DNA of 64,000 nucleotides from the NCBI GenBank assembly GCA_963728705.1, contig CAVSLY010000024.1:7357-71356 (forward strand). The letters run 5' to 3'. The stretch is from an uncultured Gemmatimonadales bacterium (GTDB lineage: Bacteria > Gemmatimonadota > Gemmatimonadetes > Gemmatimonadales > GWC2-71-9). Every line of letters begins with the position of its first letter. The stretch's first letter is position 1. Both the position numbers and the translations under genes were made by a program. Below are positions 32,988 through 42,904 of this stretch, piece after piece. The notes below the pieces were generated by a model that was not told the origin of the DNA, made no database searches, and was given only the letters and a program-made list of their open reading frames with translations.

Positions 32988-34795
32988 ATGAGCGCAGCGA
33001 GCGGGCCCGCCCCGTCGATGTTCGCGGTGTTCCGCCGTCGCGATTTCTCCGTGCTGTGGCTGGCGCAGCTGATCTCGACCGCGGGCTCCTCCCTGACGGA
33101 CCTGGCTGCCGGGATCTACGTCTATCGCGTCACCGAGTCGGCCCTGGCGGTCGGCCTCACCCTGATGGTCACCGCCATCCCGAGCCTGATCATCGGCCTG
33201 CTGGCGGGCGTCTTCGTCGATCGCCACGACCGCAAGCGCATCCTGATCTGGACCTGCCTCATCCAGTCGGTCATCGTCGCGCTGCTGGCGTTCGTCATCG
33301 GCATCAGCGCGATCGCCCTGCCCGGCCTGTACCTGCTGCTGTTCTTGAACGCGGGCGTGAAACAGTTCTTCGATCCTGCCCATGACAGCCTGATCCCGGA
33401 ACTGGCGAACGACGAGGAGCTGGCCGGCGCGAACTCATTCCTGTCGATCGCGTCGTTCGGTTCGACCGCCATCGGCTTTGCCGGCGCCGGCCTGCTGGCG
33501 AGCACGGTCGACTTGACCTGGGCCTTCGTCATCGATGCGGTGTCGTTCGTGATCTGTGCGGGCCTGGTTTCGACGATGGGTCGCTATCCGATGCCCAAAG
33601 CCGAGGACGAGGCGAGCGTGTCGGTCATCGTGACCAACCTGCGATCGGGCATCGGCACGCTGTTCGGGACACCGATCCTGCGCTCGTTGTTCCTCGTCGG
33701 CGCCTTCATGTTCTTCTCGTTCGGGCTCTGGAACGTGCTGCTCCTGCCGATTCTCGATCCGTGAACTCCATGGCGACGGAATTCGAATACGGCCTGCAGG
33801 AAGGGCTGACATCCGTCGGCTTCGTGGTCGGGCTCGTTCTTCATGGCCCGCTTCTCGAGCCGCCTCCCGGAGGCGCTGTGGATCGTCATCGGTCTCGTCG
33901 GCATGGGCGTTGCCGGGATCCTGTATGGCCTGTCGACGTCGATCCCGCTCGCGATCGTGCTGGTGATGATCACCGGGTTCTTCAACTCGCCGTCGTCCGG
34001 TCGCTCGTTCCGTGCTGCTCCAGCGCCACACGCCACGCGAGATGCGCGGGCGCGTGTTCTCGGCGTTCTACGTCATGCGCGACATCATCTTCCTGATCGG
34101 GATGGCCGGAGCCGGCCTTGCCGACGTCGTCGACATCCGCCTGCTCATCGTCGTGGCCTCATCCCTGCTGTTCGTGTCTGCGGGCTTCGCGCTGGTGGCT
34201 CCCGGTCTCGGCTCGGCACATTGCGAGCGGCGCGCACGCGCCTGCGCGAATCCGAAGGCGCCCCGGCCTTCGAGGGCACGCCGCTCCGTCCGGCGACGGC
34301 CGCCGACTTCGGCCGAGTCGCGGTGCAATTCCGTCCTTCGCCGGGCTGGCCGACGATCAGCGCGATGCGTTCTTGCGTGGCGCGACCGATCCGCGACGTA
34401 CCGGCCGGCACCCGCGTGGTCGAGCACGGCGACGTCGCGAGCATCGGCGTACTTCATCCTCGACGGACGGCCACCGCCGGGATCCCGGATGAAGGTGGCT
34501 ATCGCGGCCTCTCGACCATGAGCGCCGGCGACTTCTTCGGGGAGATCGCGGCGCTGACCGGCAGCCCTCGGACCGCCGACGTGATCGCCGACACCGACCG
34601 ACGCTCGTGGAGGTCCCGGCCGATTCGCTGCGGGCGACGATGGTCGTGCCTGAGATCCGGAAGGTCGTCCTCTCGACGCTGACCTCGCGCCTGCTCCGGA
34701 CGGAATCGGCCGACCTGCCGCGATTGGCCGGCGTCGGGCAGGAGGCACTGCGCGACCTGCGCACGCCGCGACCGACGGTCGAGGCTCCCGCGTGA
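32988..34795 (+). CDS. MFS transporter (DHA3-like exporter) with C-terminal cNMP-binding domain, frameshifted
   Basis: FRRRDFSVLWLAQLIS, GVFVDRHDRKRI, LLQRHTPREMRGRVFS, GDFFGEIAALTGSPRTADV. Confidence 0.85.
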
Positions 34796-34927
34796 CCTAC
34801 CGGCGAGTGGCGGACCCTGAAGCTGTGCCGAAGACGACAGCTCGGTCGTCACGCGTTCGCCTATGAGGAGTGGCCGGCTCAGGGTACAGTCGTCTCAACG
34901 AACTGCAGCGACACAGCGAGGGGCGAC

Positions 34928-35141
34928 ATGACGCGACGGACGATGCGGCTTCCGAAGGAACAGATCGTCGGAGCCCGAGGATCGAACTCGGCGCGCCCGG
35001 CACCTCGGATGACGATGTCGAAGGGCACGGGATGCCGCTCACCCCGCCGCCCAGCCTGCGACCGGCAAGCGGCCCGGGCCATGGCGGAGAAGTGACCCGC
35101 AGCGACGGACGACGAAGACGAGTCGAGGGACACGCTCCTAG
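34928..35141 (+). CDS. Small acidic peptide with two DDVEGH motifs (reconstructed across indels)
   Basis: -10 TACAGT (34885), SD gagggg, ATG 34928; DDDVEGH at 35008-35028 and DDED(D)VEGH at 35108-35133; followed by a hairpin. Confidence 0.55.
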
Positions 35142-35162
35142 GTCGCCGCTTCCGCACCGTCG

Positions 35163-35193
35163 AACGACCGCCCGAGTCCCCGGGGCGGTCGTT
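35163..35193. terminator. Hairpin between the convergent peptide and S8 genes
   Basis: aacgaccgccc...gggcggtcgtt. Confidence 0.65.
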
Positions 35194-35198
35194 TCGAT

Positions 35199-36014
35199 TC
35201 AGGGTGGCTGGTCGCGGTCGCCGCGAGGAGCGCCTTGATCTCGAACGGCGTGGCCGTCCGGATGGCGGGAGCGCAAGCGCGCGGCCTGACCGGCGATGTG
35301 CGGCGCGGCAAACGAGTTGCCGGTCGCCCGGATCCGCCCGCGGTCGCGCCAGGCCACGTCGACGTCGACGCCGTACGCCCCGAACTCGACGGGCGGCGTC
35401 GGGTTGTAGAACCACACGTCGGGATGCCGGTACATCGTGCGCGGCGACGGAAACGACGGCCGCGAACAGCGACGGGTACGAGGGACCCGAGGACGTTGTT
35501 CGCGGCGCACACGAGCAGGACATTGGCGAAGTAGGCCCGATCGGCGAGCTCGTGGAACCGCTCGAACATCGCCTCGCTGCGTGACGACAGGCTGAGGTTG
35601 ACGACCCGGAAGCGTTCCGCGATGGCCCACTCCATCGCCGCCGCAAGCGCCCGGCCCTCGGCCCGATTGTCGGCGCCGAGCACGCGGATCGAGACGAGTT
35701 CGGCCGCCGGGGCGATGCCGTGCGATGATCCCGGCGCACGCCGTGCCGTGCCCGACGAGGTCGGCCCCTCGGGTCGTCGACGACGACGGTGTCCGCTCGC
35801 CGTCGGTGTCCACCCGCAGCCGACGCGGACCCGGTTCCCGACCGCCGGATGATCCCGATCGATACCGGAGTCGATGACCGCGACGACGACCCCGGACCAT
35901 CGGCATCGCCGAAGACCGCGTCGCGGTCGAGCGCCCGAACGGCATCGTTCGGGCCAGGCGGTCGCGGGCGTCGCTGGCGAAGGCGTCGCTCCAGGCCGGG
36001 AGGGCGGACGTCAC
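35199..36014 (-). CDS. Small S8 (subtilisin-like) serine peptidase without signal peptide, frameshifted
   Basis: VAVIDSG, GHGTACAGI, VNLSL, CAANN, TGNSFAAPHIAG. Confidence 0.85.
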   Translation of the reverse strand: MTSALPAWSDAFASDARDRLARTMPFGRSTATRSSAMPMVRGRRRGHRLRYRSGSSGGREPGPRRLRVDTDGERTPSSSTTRGADLVGHGTACAGIIARHRPGGRTRLDPRARRRQSGRGPGACGGDGVGHRGTLPGRQPQPVVTQRGDVRAVPRARRSGLLRQCPARVRREQRPRVPRTRRCSRPSFPSPRTMYRHPDVWFYNPTPPVEFGAYGVDVDVAWRDRGRIRATGNSFAAPHIAGQAARLRSRHPDGHAVRDQGAPRGDRDQPP

Positions 36015-36015
36015 G

Positions 36016-36819
36016 TCAGCGCTCGGACCCACGCCGCGTCCGCACGCCGGCGGAGCAGGGCATCAAGCCAGTCGACCGCCAGGTCCACGTCGTCGGGATC
36101 GGCGTCTGGCGAAGTCGAGCGATCCGGTCGGCCAGTCGCCAGGTGGATCGTCGCGCTCGGTCGACAGGGCATTCGTGGCGACACTGACCAGCGTCTCGAC
36201 GGCAGCTTCGTCCAGCGTCGCTTGGCCGGCATCCGCGTGCGTCCTGTGCGGCGAGCGTCGCAGAGGCGCCCCGGAGGAGGGCGGACGCGTCGCCGGCTGA
36301 GCGCCGATCGCGCACGACGATGCATGCCTCCCGCGCCAGCGCGGCGGCGACGTCCAGGTCCTGCAGGTCGAAGGTCCCGTCGCGACGATCGAGGACACTC
36401 CAGACCCCGATGATCCCCTCGGCGTCGGTGAGCGGGGTCGCCAAGAGGAGCCCGGCACGTAGCCGGTCGCCTCGGCGACGGCCGCGGTCGAAGCGGGGGT
36501 CGGCGTGACATCGGCGACGGCGAGCGGTTGGCCGGTCGAGAACACGTAGCCGGCGATCCCGGCAGCGGCATCGATCGCCAGACCCACGACCTCGCCACTG
36601 GTGGACCCGCGCTCGCGACGAAGACGAGGCGGTCGCGGGTCGCGTCGTGGGCCGCGATCGAGGCCGCTGGGCGTCGAGCACGACGGTCGCGGTTTCGACG
36701 ATCGCGGCCAGAAGTGCGTCGTCCGCCGCGGGCACGATCCGCGGCCGCCGCATCCAGCCGCGCGCGACGGCGCTGAGGGTCGCGAGCGTCGCGGCGTCGC
36801 CGGCCCGGGATTCGGTCAT
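36016..36819 (-). CDS. GAF-domain protein (frameshifted)
   Basis: GIAGYVFSTGQPLAVADV, ATGYVP, LLATPL..EGIIGV..VLDRRDGTFDLQDL. Confidence 0.8.
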   Translation of the reverse strand: MTESRAGDAATLATLSAVARGWMRRPRIVPAADDALLAAIVETATVVLDAQRPRSRPTTRPATASSSSRARVHQWRGRGSGDRCRCRDRRLRVLDRPTARRRRCHADPRFDRGRRRGDRLRAGLLLATPLTDAEGIIGVWSVLDRRDGTFDLQDLDVAAALAREACIVVRDRRSAGDASALLRGASATLAAQDARGCRPSDAGRSCRRDAGQCRHECPVDRARRSTWRLADRIARLRQTPIPTTWTWRSTGLMPCSAGVRTRRGSER

Positions 36820-37557
36820 CGTCGCGCGGCGGCGGCCAGCCGCGCGCGGTTCGGGGATCACCAGGTCGTCGCCGTCGAACCGGAGCAGGCCCTGGCCGAC
36901 GAAATCGGCCAGCAGCCGGTTCACGGACTGCCGCGAGCCACCGATCATCCCGGCCAGCTCGCCCTGGGTATACGGCCAGGACAGGCGCTGTTCCTCGTGG
37001 CCATACCCGCGCCCGGCCGCCAGGGCGTCGCTGGTCGCGGGCAACGAGCGAAGGAGATGTCGTGCCAGGCGTCCGGGCAGGTCCAGGAAATGGAGGTCCT
37101 CGAACTGCGCCGTGAGCCGGCGGATCTCGGTCGCAAGGGCGGCGAAGAGCGCTCGACGGAGTGCTGGCTGATCATCCACCAGCCGATCGAAGGCACCGCG
37201 GCGCAGGACCTGGGTCTCGACCGCGACGACGGCGACGGCCGTCGCCGACCGCGCTGCGCCATCGAGCAGCGCCAGTTCGCCGAAGAATCCGCCGGGGCCC
37301 ACAGTCGTGAGGATGGCCGCCTCGGATCCATCGCCGGGCGGGATGGTGATCTTCACCCGGCCGGAGGCCACGATGAACAGCGCGTCGCCGGGGTCGTCGA
37401 CGTGGAAGATCGTTTCCCCGCGCCGGAAGCTTCGAGGCCTGAGGGCGGCGGCGACGATGGCGAGGGTCGGCTCGTCGAGGCCCGCGAACAGGCCGCACTC
37501 GTGCAGGGCGTCGTGGGCCAGGGAGTGGTCTCCGGAACGCGCCACCATGTCGTCCAT
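36816..37557 (-). CDS. Crp/Fnr-family transcriptional regulator
   Basis: GETIFHVDDPG, FFGELALLDGAARSATA, TQGELAGMIGGSRQSVNRLL. Confidence 0.9.
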
Positions 37558-37605
37558 CGTACGCGACACCGGAACGCCAGCGCGGGGTCGCTAGACTCGA
37601 TGCGC

Positions 37606-40600
37606 ATGGACGTCGTGGCGTGTCCCAACTGTGGTGAGGAGAACCCCGCCCAATTCCGCCTGTGCGGGTTCTGTGGTACGGCCCTGGCGGCCGTCCTCCC
37701 GCCGCAGGAGGTGCGCAAGCCGGCGACGTTCATCTTCGTCGACCTGAAGGGCTCGACCGCACTGACGGAGCGGATCGATCAGGAGGCGATGAGCGAGATC
37801 AAGAAGCGCTACTTCGCGGTCATGGCCGGCCAGATCGAACGCCACGGCGGTACGGTCGAGAAGTACGTCGGGGACGCCATCATGGCCGTATTCGGGATCC
37901 CGAGGGCCCACGAGGACGACGCCTTGCGAGCCGTGCGCGCCGCGTACGGGATGCAGCAGCAGTTGACCCACCTCAACGAGGAGTTCCTGCGGTCCTACGG
38001 GGTCGAGCTCGCCAATCGTACCGGAGTCAACACCGGCGAAGTCGTGGCGAACATGGACCCAAGTGCCAACCAGCAGTTGGCCACCGGCGACACCGTCAAT
38101 GTCGCCGCTCGCCTCGAACAGGCCGCCCCGGAGAACGAGATCCTGTTGGGCGAGACGACGTACGACCTGGTTCGGCGCCACGTCGAGGTCGAGGCCGTGG
38201 AGCCCCTGGAACTGAAGGGCAAGTCCGAGCGCGTCGCCGCATTTCGCGTCGTCCGCCTGCGCGACGTGGACACGGGGGCCCTGCAGGAAGCGCCGCTCGT
38301 GGGCCGCGCGACCGAATGGGCGGAGCTCGAACGCTCATACCGGCTCGCGGTCGACGGGTCCGTCTGTCGCCTGGTGACCGTCGTGGGCGAACCCGGCGTC
38401 GGCAAGTCGCGCCTCGTCCGGGATTTCACGGCGGCGCATGTGCCGGCCGCGACCATCCTCTCTGGGCGCTGCCTCCCATACGGCGATGGCATCACGTTCT
38501 GGCCGTTGGCCGAGGTCATTCGCGCGGCCGCAGAGATCTCGGATGAGGACCCGCCGGAGGTCGTGCTCGCGAAGATCGCGGATATCGCCGCGCCGGCCGG
38601 CGCCGATGCCGAGTCGATCGTCGACCGCGTGGCCTCCGTCGTCGGGCTGTCGGAGACGCAGTTCTCGGTCACGGAGCTGTTCTGGGGCGGTCGCCGCCTG
38701 CTGGAGACGTTGGCGTTGCAGCGACCCGTCGTCATGGTCGTCGACGACATCCATGTGGCCGAGTCGACGTTCCTGGAGTTCCTCGAGACGTTGGTCTCGG
38801 CGTCGCGGATGGCACCGATCCTCGTGCTGTGTACCGCCCGTCACAGCCTGGTCGAGCAGCAGACGGACTGGAGCCGGCGCAGCGATGGCCCGGTCGTCAT
38901 GCTCGGGCCGCTTTCGGCGGACGATGCCGGCGGGCTGGTGGACCATCTGCTCGGGGGCGCAGGGTTGGACGAGCCGACGCGTCACCGGGTCGTCCAGGCC
39001 GCGGCCGGCAACCCGCTGTTCGTCGAACAGATGGTGTCGATGCTCGTGGACAAGGATCTCCTGCGGCGAGTCGACGGGCGCTGGGAGCCGACCGCGGACA
39101 TGTCCATCATCGCCGTGCCGCCCACGATCCAGGCGCTGCTCGCCTCGCGTCTCGATGACCTGTCGCGTGAAGAGCGCTCGGTGGTCGAGCCGGCTGCCGT
39201 CATCGGCCTGTCCTTCCCGCGACCCGCGGTCGAGGAGATGGTGCCGCAACAGGTGCGTACGGCGGTGCCCGGTCATCTCGATACCCTCGACGACAAGCAG
39301 TTCCTCTTCCTGGATACGGCCGACCCGGACGCCGAGACGTACCGCTTCCGCCACGGGCTGATCCGCGACGCCACGTACGGCAGCCTGCTCAAGCGCAACC
39401 GGGCGCAGCTCCATGAGCGGTTCGTGACCTGGGCGGAGCGCGTCAATCGGGAGCGGGGCCGCGAACAGGAGTTCGAGGAGATCCTCGGATTCCACCTGGA
39501 GCAGGCGTACCGCTATCGGACGGAGCTCGGACCGCTCGACGATACCGGGCGGGACCTCGCGGAGCGCGCCGCGACCAAGCTTGGCGCGGCCGGCCGGCGG
39601 GCGTTCGCCCGGGGGGACCTGCCGGCGGCGATCAACCTGTTGCGACGGGCTGGGACGTTGCTCGCGCCCGACGAACCGCAGGGGATCGACCTGCGGACGG
39701 AGCTCGGCGAGGCGCTCTCCGAAGCTGGGGAGTTCGAGGAGGGCGGAGCCGTCCTCGATGCGGCCCACGCGGACGCCGAGGGCATCGGCGACCAGCGCCT
39801 GGCGACGCGAGCGCGGCTGGCTCGGATCTCCCACGAGCTCTACTCCGAACAGATGGCACCGGGCGCGATGACCGCGCGACTGGCCGAGGCGGAAACGGCC
39901 GTGGCGGCATTCCGGGCCGCCGGGGACGACGCGGACGCCGCCCGCGGCACGAAGATCATCACGGCGATGCAGGCGACCATCGGGCGCTACGATCTCGCTG
40001 CGGCCGCCGCCCAGGAGACCGCCGAGACAGCCCTCCGGGCCGGCGACATGCGGCTGGTGTCACGCGCCGCGGCCGCCTACGCCACGACCGCCCTCTACGG
40101 ACCCACCGCCGTCTCCGAGGTCCGCGAGAGCTGCCAGCGCCTGCTCGAGCAGGTCGCCGGCGATCGACGCGCGGAAGCGACGGTCATGGCCGCCCTGGCG
40201 ATCACGGATGCGATGCTCGGCGACCTCGACCTCGCCCGGGAACGGCATCGCCGGGCCAATGCCATCCATGCCGAGCTCGGCCGCAACCTGGTGTCGGCGT
40301 CGACGTCGATCGAAGGGTCGCGGATCGAGCTGCTGGCGGGCGACCTGGCGGCTGCCGAGGCGCTGCTTCGGGCCGACGATTCCGAGCTTGCGAAGCTTCG
40401 TGAGCGCTACTTCCGGTCCACGATCGTCGGTCTGCTCGCGAACGTCCTGGAGATGCAGGGTCGGGCCGACGAGGCCGAGGCGTACGTCGCGCTGACACTC
40501 GAGCTCGCCGATGTCGACGACACCAACTCGCAGGTGCTGGCCCGGATCGTACGAGCCAAGCTCGACGCGCGCCAGGGGCTGGCAGAGGCCGCGGTCGCGG

Positions 40601-40830
40601 CCGCGACGGACGCCCTCGAACTCGCGTCGACGACGGCCGACATCGACTTCCAGGGCGATGTCCACAGCGACTTCGGGGTCGTGCTGCAGCGCCTCGGCCG
40701 ACCGGCCGAGGCGCGTGCGCAGTTCGAACTCGCGCTCGAGCGGTACGAGCGCAAGGGTGATCTCACCTCGATGCGTGCGACGCGGCAGACCCTCGAGGCG
40801 ATGAGCGACGGGGCGACCGCCGCCGACTGA
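37606..40830 (+). CDS. Class III adenylate cyclase with double zinc ribbon, STAND/AAA ATPase and TPR-like C-terminus
   Basis: CPNC/CGFC, FVDLKGST, EKYVGDA, GVNTG, TGDTVNVAARLEQ, GEPGVGKS, VVDDIH, GNPLF. Confidence 0.92.
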   Translation: MDVVACPNCGEENPAQFRLCGFCGTALAAVLPPQEVRKPATFIFVDLKGSTALTERIDQEAMSEIKKRYFAVMAGQIERHGGTVEKYVGDAIMAVFGIPRAHEDDALRAVRAAYGMQQQLTHLNEEFLRSYGVELANRTGVNTGEVVANMDPSANQQLATGDTVNVAARLEQAAPENEILLGETTYDLVRRHVEVEAVEPLELKGKSERVAAFRVVRLRDVDTGALQEAPLVGRATEWAELERSYRLAVDGSVCRLVTVVGEPGVGKSRLVRDFTAAHVPAATILSGRCLPYGDGITFWPLAEVIRAAAEISDEDPPEVVLAKIADIAAPAGADAESIVDRVASVVGLSETQFSVTELFWGGRRLLETLALQRPVVMVVDDIHVAESTFLEFLETLVSASRMAPILVLCTARHSLVEQQTDWSRRSDGPVVMLGPLSADDAGGLVDHLLGGAGLDEPTRHRVVQAAAGNPLFVEQMVSMLVDKDLLRRVDGRWEPTADMSIIAVPPTIQALLASRLDDLSREERSVVEPAAVIGLSFPRPAVEEMVPQQVRTAVPGHLDTLDDKQFLFLDTADPDAETYRFRHGLIRDATYGSLLKRNRAQLHERFVTWAERVNRERGREQEFEEILGFHLEQAYRYRTELGPLDDTGRDLAERAATKLGAAGRRAFARGDLPAAINLLRRAGTLLAPDEPQGIDLRTELGEALSEAGEFEEGGAVLDAAHADAEGIGDQRLATRARLARISHELYSEQMAPGAMTARLAEAETAVAAFRAAGDDADAARGTKIITAMQATIGRYDLAAAAAQETAETALRAGDMRLVSRAAAAYATTALYGPTAVSEVRESCQRLLEQVAGDRRAEATVMAALAITDAMLGDLDLARERHRRANAIHAELGRNLVSASTSIEGSRIELLAGDLAAAEALLRADDSELAKLRERYFRSTIVGLLANVLEMQGRADEAEAYVALTLELADVDDTNSQVLARIVRAKLDARQGLAEAAVAAATDALELASTTADIDFQGDVHSDFGVVLQRLGRPAEARAQFELALERYERKGDLTSMRATRQTLEAMSDGATAAD

Positions 40831-40832
40831 GC

Positions 40833-41874
40833 CTAGACCCGGGCCTTGCCGTTCCCAGCCGTCTGGAAGGTGACGCGCAGCACGTCGACGCCGTCGATCT
40901 GGATGATCTGGGCGACGCCACAATCGGCCTGCGTGCCGCTCCTGCAGGCGTTCTTCTTGGTGAGCGGGATCAGCGTGACGTTCCCGGCGTCATCCTCGTG
41001 GTACACGACGACCTTGAGGACGTTCACGTTCGTGCCCACGGCCAGCCTGCACGTCGATGACCCAGACGATCGTGTCGGACGTCTCGTCACCGGTGATCGC
41101 CGCCTCGACGGCCGCCGGGCCGTAGCACGTGACCAGCGCTGCGGGGCAGGCCTGGGCGACGTCGTCCTGCAATCCGATGCCGCTGAGGCGCGCGGGCAGG
41201 ACGATGCTGGCGGATTGGCCATTGGCGTCCAGGGGATCGGCCACGGAGCACGTCGACACGGTCTTCGACTGGTTGTGCGTGCGGTAGGCCGAGATGCTGT
41301 CGCACGAGAAGGCGAGCAGGTCCAGCGCCCCCTCGGCCGCGAACGTGTCCGTGTTGCTGCCCTGGTCGTTGCCGATCTCGGCGACCGAGACGACCGCTTT
41401 GGTCGGGATCACCGCGGCGACAGCATCGCGCGTGGAGCTGATCGTGATCGTGATCGCGAACGAGGCGCGGGCCGCCAAGGAGCCGACCGTGCATCGCAGG
41501 GTGGCGCCACCGACGCACTTCGTGCCACCGGTGCCGCCGTCCGTGATCGAGACGCCGGTCGGCAGGTCCACGGGCGGTAGGGGCACCAGGCCCGACGCCC
41601 TGTCGTTCTCGGGTGCTGCAACGCTGTCCCGGCCGACGACCAGGACGACGTTGTTCAGTGTCTGCTTGCCGTTGTTCCTGACGGTGAGCGGGAACATGAT
41701 CGACTCACCGGCCGACACGATGACCGACGGGAGTTGACCGTCGGCGTCGGAGCCGACAGACACCTGGCGGGTGTTGCCCGCAAAGGCCGGCGCCGCGGAC
41801 GCGGCGAGCATGAAGATCGTCGCCAGACTGGTCACGAACGCGACAGAACGGCTGAGCGTGGAACGACGGTGCAC
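40833..41874 (-). CDS. Secreted beta-rich protein (DUF11/Ig-like), frameshift near 41045
   Basis: SD gggaggg, signal peptide ...AAPAFA, LTVRNNGKQTLNNV, paired Cys. Confidence 0.65.
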
Positions 41875-42063
41875 GAATACCCTCCCGGTCCCCGAGGAAT
41901 GGATCCATCGCCCGCGAAGCCCGTGGGTCTCGTGGTGTGACGGTTCATGGGCTTCGTCGGGACCAGGTCCCAGGACGAAAGTACCTGTCCAACGAGCGTG
42001 CCGCGTGCTCGGGATGATGTCAAGTCCGCGAGATGACACTGGTGCGTCGATGCACCTGACGCT

Positions 42064-42735
42064 TCAGGAGCGCGGAACGGGCCGCATCGGATAGACGCCG
42101 ATCACCACCGGCGTGCGCGGATCGAGCGACAGCTCGTAGCCGATATCGCCACCACGCAGCAGCTCGCCCAGGAGCGAGCCCTCTCGTGATGGCAGGCCGA
42201 CGTACACGTGGCCCTTGTTGATCGAGACTTGCGTGACCTCGTCGTCCGCGCCATCGATGGCGAAGCGGCGACGCAGCTCGTGCATCGGGACATAGGGCCG
42301 GCTCTTGATGAATCGGCGCAACTGCGGGGCGGTGCAGCCGTTCGCGCGCTCCTGGCCGTTGTTGGGACCGGGTGGATGGCCCTGGCCGTTCGCATGGCCG
42401 TTCGCGTGGGCGGGACCCGTTACCTGGCCCGGCCGGCCGTCCCCCTGCGGTCGGGCGAAGCCGGCGGGCGCGGCGTTCGGTGTCGGAGCAGCCGGGCTGG
42501 CCAGCGGTGCGATGGTGGCCGGGGCCGCGTCCACGCCCTCCAGCGGCCGACCGGCGGCGGGCGGCACGAGCCCGTCGTGGGTGCCTCGCGGCGAGCCCGC
42601 CGAAGCGTCGATCGATGCCGGCGGCGTGCTCGACGACGACCCGGGAGCGGTCGGCGTGGCGCCCGGTGCAGGACGCGGCGGATCGTGGCGGTATCGACCG
42701 CCCTGGTGCGATCGGCCGTGGTGGCGTCGACTCAT
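42064..42735 (-). CDS. Hypothetical protein: disordered N-terminus, conserved-looking C-terminal domain
   Basis: C-terminal CTAPQLRRFIKSRPYVPMHELRRRF...GDIGYELSLDP. Confidence 0.55.
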   Translation of the reverse strand: MSRRHHGRSHQGGRYRHDPPRPAPGATPTAPGSSSSTPPASIDASAGSPRGTHDGLVPPAAGRPLEGVDAAPATIAPLASPAAPTPNAAPAGFARPQGDGRPGQVTGPAHANGHANGQGHPPGPNNGQERANGCTAPQLRRFIKSRPYVPMHELRRRFAIDGADDEVTQVSINKGHVYVGLPSREGSLLGELLRGGDIGYELSLDPRTPVVIGVYPMRPVPRS

Positions 42736-42904
42736 CGGTCGGCGCCTCCGGGAAGGTCATCCCGGGTGAGTGGCTCGGCGACGGTTCGTCGCCGTTGGTA
42801 GGTGGGCATCGGTACTCGGGTGATGGGCGGGGCCGCTCGGATACGGCACCGCGATCGATGATACCGCACGTCCTCGCGGAACCCGTCGGCTTTCGGCCCT
42901 GGGG

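Noticed and set aside
36016-37569. Crp-GAF fusion protein
   Set aside because: Removing one base near 36845 yields a normal Crp ending (RLAAAARR*) with an ATGA overlap to the GAF start
41916-41955. Hairpin in the leader of the secreted protein as a riboswitch
   Set aside because: A single imperfect stem with no recognisable aptamer consensus
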